DNA from: Fimbriimonadaceae bacterium
GTDB taxonomy: Bacteria; Armatimonadota; Fimbriimonadia; Fimbriimonadales; Fimbriimonadaceae
NCBI GenBank assembly: GCA_046719655.1
Contig: JBDNCL010000001.1
Span: 1 to 43,824 of the forward strand
Direction of reading: 5' to 3'
Length of the DNA stretch: 43,824 bases
The position numbers and the translations under genes were made by a program. Positions 8,865-16,521 of this stretch are shown piece after piece. Below the pieces are notes generated by a model that did not search any database, was not told the DNA's origin, and saw only the letters and a list, made by a program, of their open reading frames with translations. Numbering within the stretch: position 1 is the first letter of the stretch; each line of letters opens with the position of its first letter.

Positions 8865-9266
8865 ATGAGAATCGTCGCTTTGCTGACCATGTTGCTTTTC
8901 GGCGGAGTATTTGTCTCCGCCGAGAGCGCATGTCCGCACACCGATTGTCCAGCCTGCCACCCGTCTACCGTTCCGCCGGTTGAGTCTTGCTGCTCGACAT
9001 CGATCGACATCGAGGCCGTCTGCACAGCGGCCGACGCTGGCGCAGCGTGCCCTTGCTCGGTATCGCCCGGAACGTCGGCAGAATGGCCAGACAGTTTTGC
9101 CGTCTTGCCGGCACCGGCTCCCGAGGTTCACTTTGAGCGACTCGTCTGCCTGCCGGGTCGGCCTTCTGACGACCTCGGTTCGGCCAAACCTGCCGAGAGC
9201 GACCGGCGGCCCCGAGGGCCCCCCGGTTCGGGACCCGGCTCTCCTCGTGCTCCTCCGATGGTCTGA
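8865..9266 (+). CDS. Secreted cysteine-rich hypothetical protein (10 Cys, one CXXCH motif)
   Basis: ATG preceded by GAGGG. Signal peptide MRIVALLTMLLFGGVFVSAES, then ACPHTDCPACHPSTVPPVESCCSTSIDIEAVCTAADAGAACPCS. Third-position GC is lower than in neighbouring genes and the tail is Pro/Gly-rich, so confidence is moderate. Confidence 0.45.
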   Translation: MRIVALLTMLLFGGVFVSAESACPHTDCPACHPSTVPPVESCCSTSIDIEAVCTAADAGAACPCSVSPGTSAEWPDSFAVLPAPAPEVHFERLVCLPGRPSDDLGSAKPAESDRRPRGPPGSGPGSPRAPPMV

Positions 9267-9338
9267 CGTAACGTTCTGCCGCATCGCGGCTTAGGTTCGT
9301 CAGTTCGGCATTTTGCCCAAGACCATCGGAGTTATCCC

Positions 9339-9698
9339 ATGAAGTCCATCTTCGTAGCGATCGCCCTTGTTGCGATTCTCGCCGTCGTCGCTTTTGCGAC
9401 CCAGACCAAGAGCCCGTCGACCGTCGCGGCCGCCGCCGAAACCGCATGCGCGGCTTGTTGCGGCGACAACTGCGCCGCCTGTTGCGGCGTCAGCTGCGAC
9501 ACTTGTTGCGGCGAAAAGGCCGAAGGCGCGACCTGTTGCGCCACCGCCTGCACGGACTGCACCGAAAAGGGTTGCGCCACGTGCTGCGCCGGCAACTGTG
9601 GAGCCTGCTGTGGAGAAGCGGTGGAGGCCAACGCCAAGACCGAAGCCGAAGCCAACCACGGATGTGGCGGGTGCCCGGCAGATGCGGCCAAGGCCTGA
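9339..9698 (+). CDS. Secreted or anchored cysteine-rich repeat protein (21 Cys; C-x-x-C-C-G-x-x octapeptide repeats), metallothionein-like composition
   Basis: GGAG lies 7 nt upstream of the ATG. Signal/anchor MKSIFVAIALVAILAVVAFA with an AFA-TQ cleavage-like site. Mature part: CAACCGDN CAACCGVS CDTCCGEK ... CATCCAGN CGACCGEA ... HGCGGC. Third-position GC is high. Confidence 0.6.
   Translation: MKSIFVAIALVAILAVVAFATQTKSPSTVAAAAETACAACCGDNCAACCGVSCDTCCGEKAEGATCCATACTDCTEKGCATCCAGNCGACCGEAVEANAKTEAEANHGCGGCPADAAKA
9447..9518 (+). repeat. Three tandem 24-nt (octapeptide) coding repeats inside the Cys-rich gene
   Basis: tgcgcggcttgttgcggcgacaac / tgcgccgcctgttgcggcgtcagc / tgcgacacttgttgcggcgaaaag. 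Each unit encodes CxxCCGxx. Confidence 0.85.
9573..9620 (+). repeat. Two more tandem 24-nt octapeptide repeats (CATCCAGN, CGACCGEA)
   Basis: tgcgccacgtgctgcgccggcaac / tgtggagcctgctgtggagaagcg, in frame with 9339. Confidence 0.8.
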
Positions 9699-9722
9699 CG
9701 CCCCCTAGGCAGATCGGAACCG

Positions 9723-9749
9723 CGGCCCCACCGGCGACCGGTGGGGCCG
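9723..9749. terminator. GC-rich hairpin between convergent genes (no U-tract)
   Basis: CGGCCCCACCGG cga CCGGTGGGGCCG: a 12-bp perfect stem with a 3-nt loop, lying between the stop at 9698 (+) and the stop at 9756 (-). Confidence 0.55.
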
Positions 9750-9755
9750 TCGCAT

Positions 9756-11384
9756 TCAGGATGTCGGTGAGTCGGAATCGGGGCCGTGCGGGGGCGCCAG
9801 GTGGACGGTGTGGGTCGGGAAGGCGAACTCGACGCCGATCTCGTCGGCGATCCGCCACACGTCGAGCAGCAGCCGCTCCCGCAGAGCCAGTTCGTGCGCC
9901 CAATCGTCGGCATCGAAGAAGACCTGGATCAGCACGTTCAGGGAGCTGGGTGCGTACTCGAAGAAGCGCACGACGCTTCGCTCTTGGACGACGTTCGGGT
10001 GCTCGTCCAGAATCTGTCGGATCCGGCCGACGAACTCAGTCACCTTCTCCGGCGGCGTCGAGTACACCAACGAGACAAAGGTGCGCAGGCGCCGGGCGCG
10101 ACGACGCCCCATGTTCTCGATGTTCGAGGTGACGAGCCTCGAGTTGGGGACGGTGACGAGAGAGTCGTTGAAGGTGCGGATCCGGGTGCTTCTCATCGTG
10201 ATGTCTTCGACCACCCCCTCCACGTCGCCGACGATCACCCAGTCCCCGATCTGATAGGGCGACTCGAACAAAACGGTCAGCGAACCCAGGATGTTCTCCA
10301 CGCTGTCTTTGGCCGCCAGCGCGAGGATGGCGCCGCCGATCCCGAGACCGGCGACCAGTCCCACCACGTTGACCCCGAGAGCCGCCAGCATCCAGATCAC
10401 CACGCCGACGCCGAGGAAAACCCGGCCCAGGTTGCGGGCGATCGGAAGGATGAGGCGTTCGCTCCGGTCGGAGACTTGCCCGGCCCGCCGCCCCAAACCG
10501 GCGATCGCCAACTCCCACACGGCAAAGAGGAGCCAAAGCCACGCCGCCGCGTACAGGAGAATGAGGGCGATTCGCAGAGGGCCGCTGACCGAAACGGGCA
10601 GGCCGAGGAAGACCAGCCCCCTCGAGAGCAGAAAGACGTTGACCACGAAGCTGAGGGCCCGAAGGGCCGAACGCACCTTCTTGCCTTCGACAACTCTCTC
10701 GAGGGCCCTCAGACGGGTCCGCATCAACAGTCCGGTGATGAGTCGAACCAGCAACCCGGCCAGCCACGCGAGCGCGACGAGTCCGGCGAGACTCAGCCAC
10801 TGCCACTGCTCCAAGCCTCCGACCGAGTTGTGCAGCGACGTCGGGAACTGGCCGCGGAGCCACTCGTCGGGAGGCAGGGCCGTGGCGGGGTTGTCCGCCA
10901 ACTCGGGCACGACGGGGCGGTCCCGCACCAGGTTCCAGATCTCGTCCACTTCGGCCAGGGTATCGGTCGTGAATCGCCAGGCACCCGTCGGATCGCGGGC
11001 GATGACGATTCGGCCGACCTCGTTTCCCAAAGGGTCGCGGTAGATGTGGAACACGAACGGCTCGCCGTCGCGATCGTTCGGGATCCGGTCCAGCCTCACA
11101 TAGACCGTTCGGTTGAGAATGGCCCAAAGACGGTAGGCCAGTTGCGATCCGCGCTCTCCCCTCACGACCGCGGGGTAGGTGGACAGGTCGAGCGTGGTCA
11201 CGGCGCGGCTGAGGTCGCTGCCGTTCATCGCCTCCAGGAAGGTCTGCATCGTGGCCCGCGGCGACCTCAGGTCGTTCGGCACCCCGACGGCCGCCGTTCC
11301 CGGCGCGTCGCCGGTCGGACCGGGCGTCTGGCTGAAGGCTCCCAAGGAAACGAGGCAGAGGACGAGCGCAAGAGTGCCGCGCAT
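9756..11384 (-). CDS. Mechanosensitive ion channel (MscS) family protein with an N-terminal periplasmic domain
   Basis: Signal peptide MRGTLALVLCLVSLGAFSQ and several TM helices. MscS core: AAKDSVENILGSLTVLFESPYQIGDWVIVGDVEGVVEDITMRSTRIRTFNDSLVTVPNSRL. Confidence 0.9.
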   Translation of the reverse strand: MRGTLALVLCLVSLGAFSQTPGPTGDAPGTAAVGVPNDLRSPRATMQTFLEAMNGSDLSRAVTTLDLSTYPAVVRGERGSQLAYRLWAILNRTVYVRLDRIPNDRDGEPFVFHIYRDPLGNEVGRIVIARDPTGAWRFTTDTLAEVDEIWNLVRDRPVVPELADNPATALPPDEWLRGQFPTSLHNSVGGLEQWQWLSLAGLVALAWLAGLLVRLITGLLMRTRLRALERVVEGKKVRSALRALSFVVNVFLLSRGLVFLGLPVSVSGPLRIALILLYAAAWLWLLFAVWELAIAGLGRRAGQVSDRSERLILPIARNLGRVFLGVGVVIWMLAALGVNVVGLVAGLGIGGAILALAAKDSVENILGSLTVLFESPYQIGDWVIVGDVEGVVEDITMRSTRIRTFNDSLVTVPNSRLVTSNIENMGRRRARRLRTFVSLVYSTPPEKVTEFVGRIRQILDEHPNVVQERSVVRFFEYAPSSLNVLIQVFFDADDWAHELALRERLLLDVWRIADEIGVEFAFPTHTVHLAPPHGPDSDSPTS

Positions 11385-11433
11385 TCCGGCAAGGTACCTC
11401 AGGCCCTGCGGGCGGCCAGGAATTCCCGGACGC

Positions 11434-12033
11434 CTAGTTCAAACCGTTGAGAAACAGCCGGACGACCTCTTCCGCTCCCCAGTTCAGGTACTGCCGGGGG
11501 TCGTCGCTGGTTCCGAGCACGCCCTGAACCAGGTCTCGGAAGCTGGCCATATTGTCCAAAAGGCAGAAAAAGCCGCACGCGAGGAGGGTGTCTCGCTTGG
11601 GGTCGGACCGGCCTCGAATGCGGGAGATCTGGCGGGCGACGTACCGGTAACCGGGCATCCAATACCCGACCACCATCTGGCTTCTCGACTTGGACCGCAG
11701 GAGCTCGTTCGCGATCAGCCGGAACCGCCACCCGTCGCCGTTCGCCATGCCGCACTGAGAGGCGACCGCGTGGGCGACCGTGCGGAGGTTTTCGACCGGA
11801 TCCCCTTCGTCCGGATCGCCGCTGGCGATCGCCTGAAGCCGCGGGGAACTGGCGACCGTCTTCAAGATCTCGTCGTACAAACCGGATTTCGACCCGAACA
11901 GCCGCCGAATCTCGTCCACGTCGACGTGCACCTCGGCCGCGATCTCGCGGATGGAGACCGCCTCATAACCCAAGTCGGCAATCATAGCGCCGGCGGTTTC
12001 GATGATTTTCTGGCGGCTTTCGACGGCTTCCAT
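11434..12033 (-). CDS. TetR/AcrR family transcriptional regulator
   Basis: N-terminal HTH: RQKIIETAGAMIADLGYEAVSIREIAAEVHVDVDEIRRLFGSKSGLYDEIL. Confidence 0.9.
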   Translation of the reverse strand: MEAVESRQKIIETAGAMIADLGYEAVSIREIAAEVHVDVDEIRRLFGSKSGLYDEILKTVASSPRLQAIASGDPDEGDPVENLRTVAHAVASQCGMANGDGWRFRLIANELLRSKSRSQMVVGYWMPGYRYVARQISRIRGRSDPKRDTLLACGFFCLLDNMASFRDLVQGVLGTSDDPRQYLNWGAEEVVRLFLNGLN

Positions 12034-12042
12034 ATCGGTGAT

Positions 12043-12065
12043 CTCTGATGCCCGAACATTCAGAG
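12043..12065 (-). promoter_or_regulatory. Palindromic operator candidate upstream of the TetR gene
   Basis: CTCTGA (12043-12048) and TCAGAG (12060-12065) are inverted repeats separated by 11 nt. They lie 10-32 nt upstream of the TetR ATG. Confidence 0.4.
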
Positions 12066-12158
12066 TTTAACGGACGCGGACGCGAACCGTCGACGCGAGG
12101 GTCCCGCTTTCGCCTTTCGCCCCACGCGTCGCCGGGGGGAGAAGGGAGCAGTCGGCGG

Positions 12159-14516
12159 TCAGCCGAACCGGATTTCGGCCACGCCGTCGGTCAGCCCCGG
12201 CGACCGAGCGACGACCCGAACCGTTCCGGAGCGGATCGGCCGGACCGCGGCCAGCGCATGCCCGTCGAAGGTGCGGTGACGAGAGTCGGTAACGGAGTCG
12301 ACGTCGGTCGGATCGGCGTTGCCGAATCCCACCAGCTCGCCCGGACCGTCGATTTCGATTTCAACGGGGACCTGGCAATGGGGAACCGGCACCCCCGCGC
12401 CGTCGACCACGGAGAGCATGACGTACCCGAGGGCCCCGAAACGCAGGGGAACCTCGGACGGCTGAGGGACCCCCGCGATCCGGGACGGCGGACCGGCGGT
12501 GCGCAGTCCGTGCATGGCGAATCCATCGTCGGGTCCGTTCCCGCGGACGAGAAGGGTCCCCGGCTCGTAGGGGACTTTGAAACGAAAACGGTTTCGGTCT
12601 TGCTTGGTCATGCGGTGGCTGCCCAACGGACGGCCGTTCAGACTCCATTCGATCTCTTCGCAAGACGTGTAGACTTCGACCTCCAGAGGGAAGCCCGCCT
12701 CCACGCCCCAGTTCCAGTGGGCCTCGACCTCGTCCCAGCCCCACAGCCGGTGCCAGCCGGTTTCCAGTTTTGGGCTCGCGAGATGGGCCGGGACATGCAC
12801 GACGGCGTAGACGAGGCCCTCGCGCCACAGACACTCCCGATAGTGCGATCGCGGCTTCCGAAGTCCGATCAGATCGAGATCCCCGCAGACCGCGAGGTGA
12901 AAGGGGAAGCGGCCTTCCGTTGGAAAACCCTCCGGCGCAAAGCTCTGCCCGATCCCCGATTCGCCGATGTAGTCCTGACCGGTCCACACGAAGTCGCCCA
13001 GATTCCACGGGCACTCCACCACAGACTGCCACGAGTCGTAAGCCGCGGAAGCGTAGGTTTCGGTCTGCACGACGACGCGGTCCGGATGGCGTTCGTGGTC
13101 GGATCGCACCGTCTCCCAGAGGTAGTTCATCCCGCCGATGTCGAGGTGGGCGAATCCGGAATCGCTGCTCGTTTGCCAGTCGACCCATCTCTCGGTCGGC
13201 CACCAAGGACGACAGAGCGCGGCCGAGATCGGGCGCGAGGGATCGGCCTCCAGAACCGCCTGCCGCAACCGCAACGCCAGGTCGGGACGGTCGAAACTGT
13301 CGGGAATCTCGTTGCCGATCGACCAGCACCACACGCTCGGATGGTTCCGGTCCCGCCGCACCATCGCCCCGGCGTCCGCAATTCCGAATTCGGAAAAAAA
13401 CCGGTGATAGCCGTCCGGGGTTTTGGCCGTCTCCCACTCGTCGTGCACTTCGTCGATCACGAGGAATCCCATTCGGTCGCAGACGTCGAGGAAGGCCGAA
13501 CTCGGAGGGTTGTGGGAGGTTCGGATCGCGTTGAATCCCGCGTCTCGGAGGAGCCGCACCTTCCGCTCTTCGGCGTCCTCGTAGGCCGCCGCTCCGATGA
13601 TCCCGTGATCGTGGTGGACGCACGCCCCTTTGAGCCAGATTCGGGCTCCGTTGACCCGAAGACCGCGTCGGGCGTCGAACTCGACGGTTCGCAAACCGAA
13701 CCGAACCGCGACGACGTGCTCGGGCGACGCCTTCGTCGTCGCCACCAGGCGGTAGAGAGGCTGGTCGCCCGGGCGCCAGCGGGGAGAGCCCATCGGGTGC
13801 CAGAGTAGGGGTTTCGGAATCGTCAACCGAGCCGTCGCGAGCGTGCTCGAGGACTCGACCAACACGGGCGCTCCCACCGCGTGCCCCTCCGGATCGATCA
13901 GGAGAAACTCGACAACCGCGTCTCGGTCCAGCTCGGCGACGACTTCGACCGCGGCTTGGTCGGATTCCAGCTCGATCGTACGGACCGCGACGCCGAAAGG
14001 GGCAAACGACACCGCTCCGAGGGGCTCGAGAACGACGGGCCGGTAGAGGCCGGAACCGGAGTACCACCGGGAGTTGGACCCCCAGTTCCGGACCCTGACC
14101 GTCACGTGAGCCTGATCGCGGCCGGGCGGAACCTCGACCGCGAAGGCGGTGTAGCCGTAGCGATGGGTCGCGAGGTGGACTCGGTCGACCCAAACGTCGG
14201 TCGTGCCGTAGACGCCGTCGAAAACGAGTCGGTGCGGCCGGTCGGATTCGAGAGGCAACAGAGTCTGGTACCAGCCCTCTCCGCCCACCGCGTACCCCGT
14301 GGCCGGGCCGCCCGCACTCAGGGTTTCCGAAAACGGGCTCGAGGTGCCGGGCACGTCTTCGATCGACCAGTCGTGAGGCACCCGGACGGGACGCCACGAC
14401 TCCGACGAAGGCAGATCGGCGGGCTCGAGCCCGGATTCGCCAGGCGCAACCCGAAAGAAGTGCCAATTCTCGATTCGACGGAGATTGCTCATGTTGGTGG
14501 AAACGGGCCGTTCCAT
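12159..14516 (-). CDS. Glycoside hydrolase family 2 protein (beta-galactosidase / beta-glucuronidase-like)
   Basis: 785 aa. N-terminal sugar-binding region with WRPVRVPHDWSIED. TIM-barrel region: FNAIRTSHNPPSSAFLDVCDRMGFLVIDEV ... NHPSVWCWSIGNEIP. An alternative ATG is at 14492. Confidence 0.88.
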   Translation of the reverse strand: MERPVSTNMSNLRRIENWHFFRVAPGESGLEPADLPSSESWRPVRVPHDWSIEDVPGTSSPFSETLSAGGPATGYAVGGEGWYQTLLPLESDRPHRLVFDGVYGTTDVWVDRVHLATHRYGYTAFAVEVPPGRDQAHVTVRVRNWGSNSRWYSGSGLYRPVVLEPLGAVSFAPFGVAVRTIELESDQAAVEVVAELDRDAVVEFLLIDPEGHAVGAPVLVESSSTLATARLTIPKPLLWHPMGSPRWRPGDQPLYRLVATTKASPEHVVAVRFGLRTVEFDARRGLRVNGARIWLKGACVHHDHGIIGAAAYEDAEERKVRLLRDAGFNAIRTSHNPPSSAFLDVCDRMGFLVIDEVHDEWETAKTPDGYHRFFSEFGIADAGAMVRRDRNHPSVWCWSIGNEIPDSFDRPDLALRLRQAVLEADPSRPISAALCRPWWPTERWVDWQTSSDSGFAHLDIGGMNYLWETVRSDHERHPDRVVVQTETYASAAYDSWQSVVECPWNLGDFVWTGQDYIGESGIGQSFAPEGFPTEGRFPFHLAVCGDLDLIGLRKPRSHYRECLWREGLVYAVVHVPAHLASPKLETGWHRLWGWDEVEAHWNWGVEAGFPLEVEVYTSCEEIEWSLNGRPLGSHRMTKQDRNRFRFKVPYEPGTLLVRGNGPDDGFAMHGLRTAGPPSRIAGVPQPSEVPLRFGALGYVMLSVVDGAGVPVPHCQVPVEIEIDGPGELVGFGNADPTDVDSVTDSRHRTFDGHALAAVRPIRSGTVRVVARSPGLTDGVAEIRFG

Positions 14517-14629
14517 GTTCCGACGCCCGGCCAGAGTCTAGCTTCAAACGCCTGGCTTGGACCGGTCGCCGATCCCCGCGCGATCTTCGCGAAAAACAAG
14601 GCTTCTGACGGGTTTTCGACCCTAGCGGA

Positions 14630-16135
14630 ATGGTCCGTACGCCCGATCATCTTGTACTGAGGAGAGCCTTGTTCGGCCTTGCCGAACGGGGAGCGATATC
14701 GGATTTGGATTGGTTCACGGACACGGACGAAGAAGAGACAACCGGCGGCGAGAAGATTGCCGTCGTCGTCCATGGCTTTTCCGATGAGATGGTCGGCTGG
14801 TTGCGGCACGCTCTCAGCCGAAAGGACGTGCATCTCTCGAGCACTTCGGACGGCGTCGATCTGAAGTCGGCCGTCGCGTCTCAGGGAGCCCAAGTCGTGG
14901 CCGCGCTCTTTGACGAGGTCGGCGAGCCGGAACTGGCCGAAGTCGCGTCGCTTCGGCACGACTACCCGACCTGCTGTTTTCTCGCCGTTCTCGGAGAACC
15001 GCGTTCCAGCGCCGTCCACGACCTCGCCTACGCGACCGGAATCGACGAGTTTGTGCCGGCGCCGTTCCACCCGTTCGAGGTCCTCGCCAAGATTCGGACC
15101 GGCGTCCGGGTGGCCGGCCTGGAAGCCTCGTTGCGCGACCTGGAGCGGCAGCACGAACGAGCGCGGGAGGATTGGGAAAAACGGGAGAAGGTCTTCCGAA
15201 CCGCCTCAAACCGGTTCGAAGAGCTGTTCCACGGTCTGCCCGTCGCCTGCTTCACGCTCGACCAGTTCGGCAAGATCCAGGAGTGGAATGCCCTGTCGGT
15301 CGCCCTCTTTCAGATCGACTCGTTTCTGGCTTTCGACCATTCTCCGTCGGAGATTTTCGGGCAGGGAACCGACTTCTGGACGGACGAGAGGCTGGAGTTC
15401 GTCCTTGCCGGCGGTCGCCTGATCGAGGAGCAGTGGACCTTCACTCCTCGCTCGGGAGAGACGCAGTACCTCGTCTCCAACGTCCTCCCGTTGACGGGAC
15501 CGTCGGGAAGCACGGTCGGATCGATCGTCGCCACGGTAGACGTCACCGACCGCACGCTCGCCGAACAGCGGATCGCCGAGCAGAAGAGAGAGCTGGAGGC
15601 CCTCAACAACCGGCTCGAGCGTCTCGCTCTGACCGACGGCCTGACCGGACTGTTCAACCACCGGCGGTTTCAGGAGCTCTTGGAGATCACCCTCGAGACG
15701 TCCGACAAGCAGGTATCGCTGATTCTGATCGATGTCGACCACTTCAAGATGTTCAACGACACCTACGGGCACCAGGAGGGGGACCAGGTTCTCCGCACGG
15801 TGGCCCGGCTGATCGAATCCGCGACGCCGGAAAACGGGGCGGCAGCCCGCTACGGGGGCGAAGAGTTTGCCGTCATCTTGGACGGCGCCGGCAAGCAGAA
15901 GGCCATGCGGGTGGCCGAGCAGATTCGGGCAAAGATCCAAGGATACGGCTGGCAACGACGCCCGGTGACGGTGAGCGTCGGCGTCAGCACGACCGGCAGG
16001 GTGCCGATCTCCAGCAGCGAGCTGGTATCGGGAGCCGACCAGGCTCTCTACGCCTCCAAGCACGCCGGTCGAAACCGGGTCACCCACTTCCGCGATCTGC
16101 TCGCACCCGAAACCCCGTCCCGAGCGGCGGCGTAG
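14630..16135 (+). CDS. Diguanylate cyclase: degenerate receiver-like domain, coiled coil, PAS and GGDEF (GGEEF)
   Basis: C-terminus: DGLTGLFNHRRFQELL...LILIDVDHFKMFNDTYGHQEGDQVLR...RYGGEEFAVIL...SVGVST...DQALYASKHAGRNRV. PAS-like part: FEELFHGLPVACFTLDQFGKIQEWNA. Confidence 0.9.
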   Translation: MVRTPDHLVLRRALFGLAERGAISDLDWFTDTDEEETTGGEKIAVVVHGFSDEMVGWLRHALSRKDVHLSSTSDGVDLKSAVASQGAQVVAALFDEVGEPELAEVASLRHDYPTCCFLAVLGEPRSSAVHDLAYATGIDEFVPAPFHPFEVLAKIRTGVRVAGLEASLRDLERQHERAREDWEKREKVFRTASNRFEELFHGLPVACFTLDQFGKIQEWNALSVALFQIDSFLAFDHSPSEIFGQGTDFWTDERLEFVLAGGRLIEEQWTFTPRSGETQYLVSNVLPLTGPSGSTVGSIVATVDVTDRTLAEQRIAEQKRELEALNNRLERLALTDGLTGLFNHRRFQELLEITLETSDKQVSLILIDVDHFKMFNDTYGHQEGDQVLRTVARLIESATPENGAAARYGGEEFAVILDGAGKQKAMRVAEQIRAKIQGYGWQRRPVTVSVGVSTTGRVPISSSELVSGADQALYASKHAGRNRVTHFRDLLAPETPSRAAA

Positions 16136-16192
16136 CCGGTCTGGTTCCGACTCGGATCCATCCGGCCGCGCGTGCCGTGTAAGATAGACCCC

Positions 16193-16519
16193 ATGGCAAA
16201 GCATCGTGTGACGGTCAACGGGTTCAAATCTTTCGATGTCGAGGAGGGAACCAAGCTGGCCTACGCCATCGAGAAGGCAGGATACGACATCAGCCATCGG
16301 TGCGGAGGCAACGCCCGCTGCACGACGTGCCGGGTGACGTTCGCGACGCCGGAACCGGAGATGGGCGACGACGAGCGCAACTGTCTCGAAGAAGACGGCG
16401 TGCTCGGGCAGTTCCGTCTCGCCTGCCAGATTCGGGTCGACCGCGACATGACGGTCGACGTGCTGATGCCGGTGCACAAGGCCACCTGGAACAATCCAGG
16501 CGCCAAACTGGAGCCATAG
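16193..16519 (+). CDS. 2Fe-2S ferredoxin (adrenodoxin/putidaredoxin-like Cys spacing)
   Basis: MAKHRVTVNGFKSFDVEEGTKLAYAIEKAGYDISHRCGGNARCTTCRV...FRLACQIRV, i.e. C-x5-C-x2-C ... C. The ORF could also start at GTG 16172. Confidence 0.85.
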   Translation: MAKHRVTVNGFKSFDVEEGTKLAYAIEKAGYDISHRCGGNARCTTCRVTFATPEPEMGDDERNCLEEDGVLGQFRLACQIRVDRDMTVDVLMPVHKATWNNPGAKLEP

Positions 16520-16521
16520 GC

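Noticed and set aside
9447-9620. Periodic 24-nt repeats that might suggest a short repeat array
   Set aside because: The repeats are contiguous with no spacers. They are in frame in an ORF with an SD, an ATG and a signal peptide, and they encode a consistent CxxCCGxx peptide. This is a coding tandem repeat, not a CRISPR array.
765-16477. Many other long overlapping ORFs in the track (for example 765..2156, 3903..5552, 6442..7770, 9786..11450, 12361..14547, 15206..16477)
   Set aside because: Same reason: low-complexity Arg/Pro/Gly translations, no motifs, and each overlaps a gene with clear family signatures in another frame or strand.
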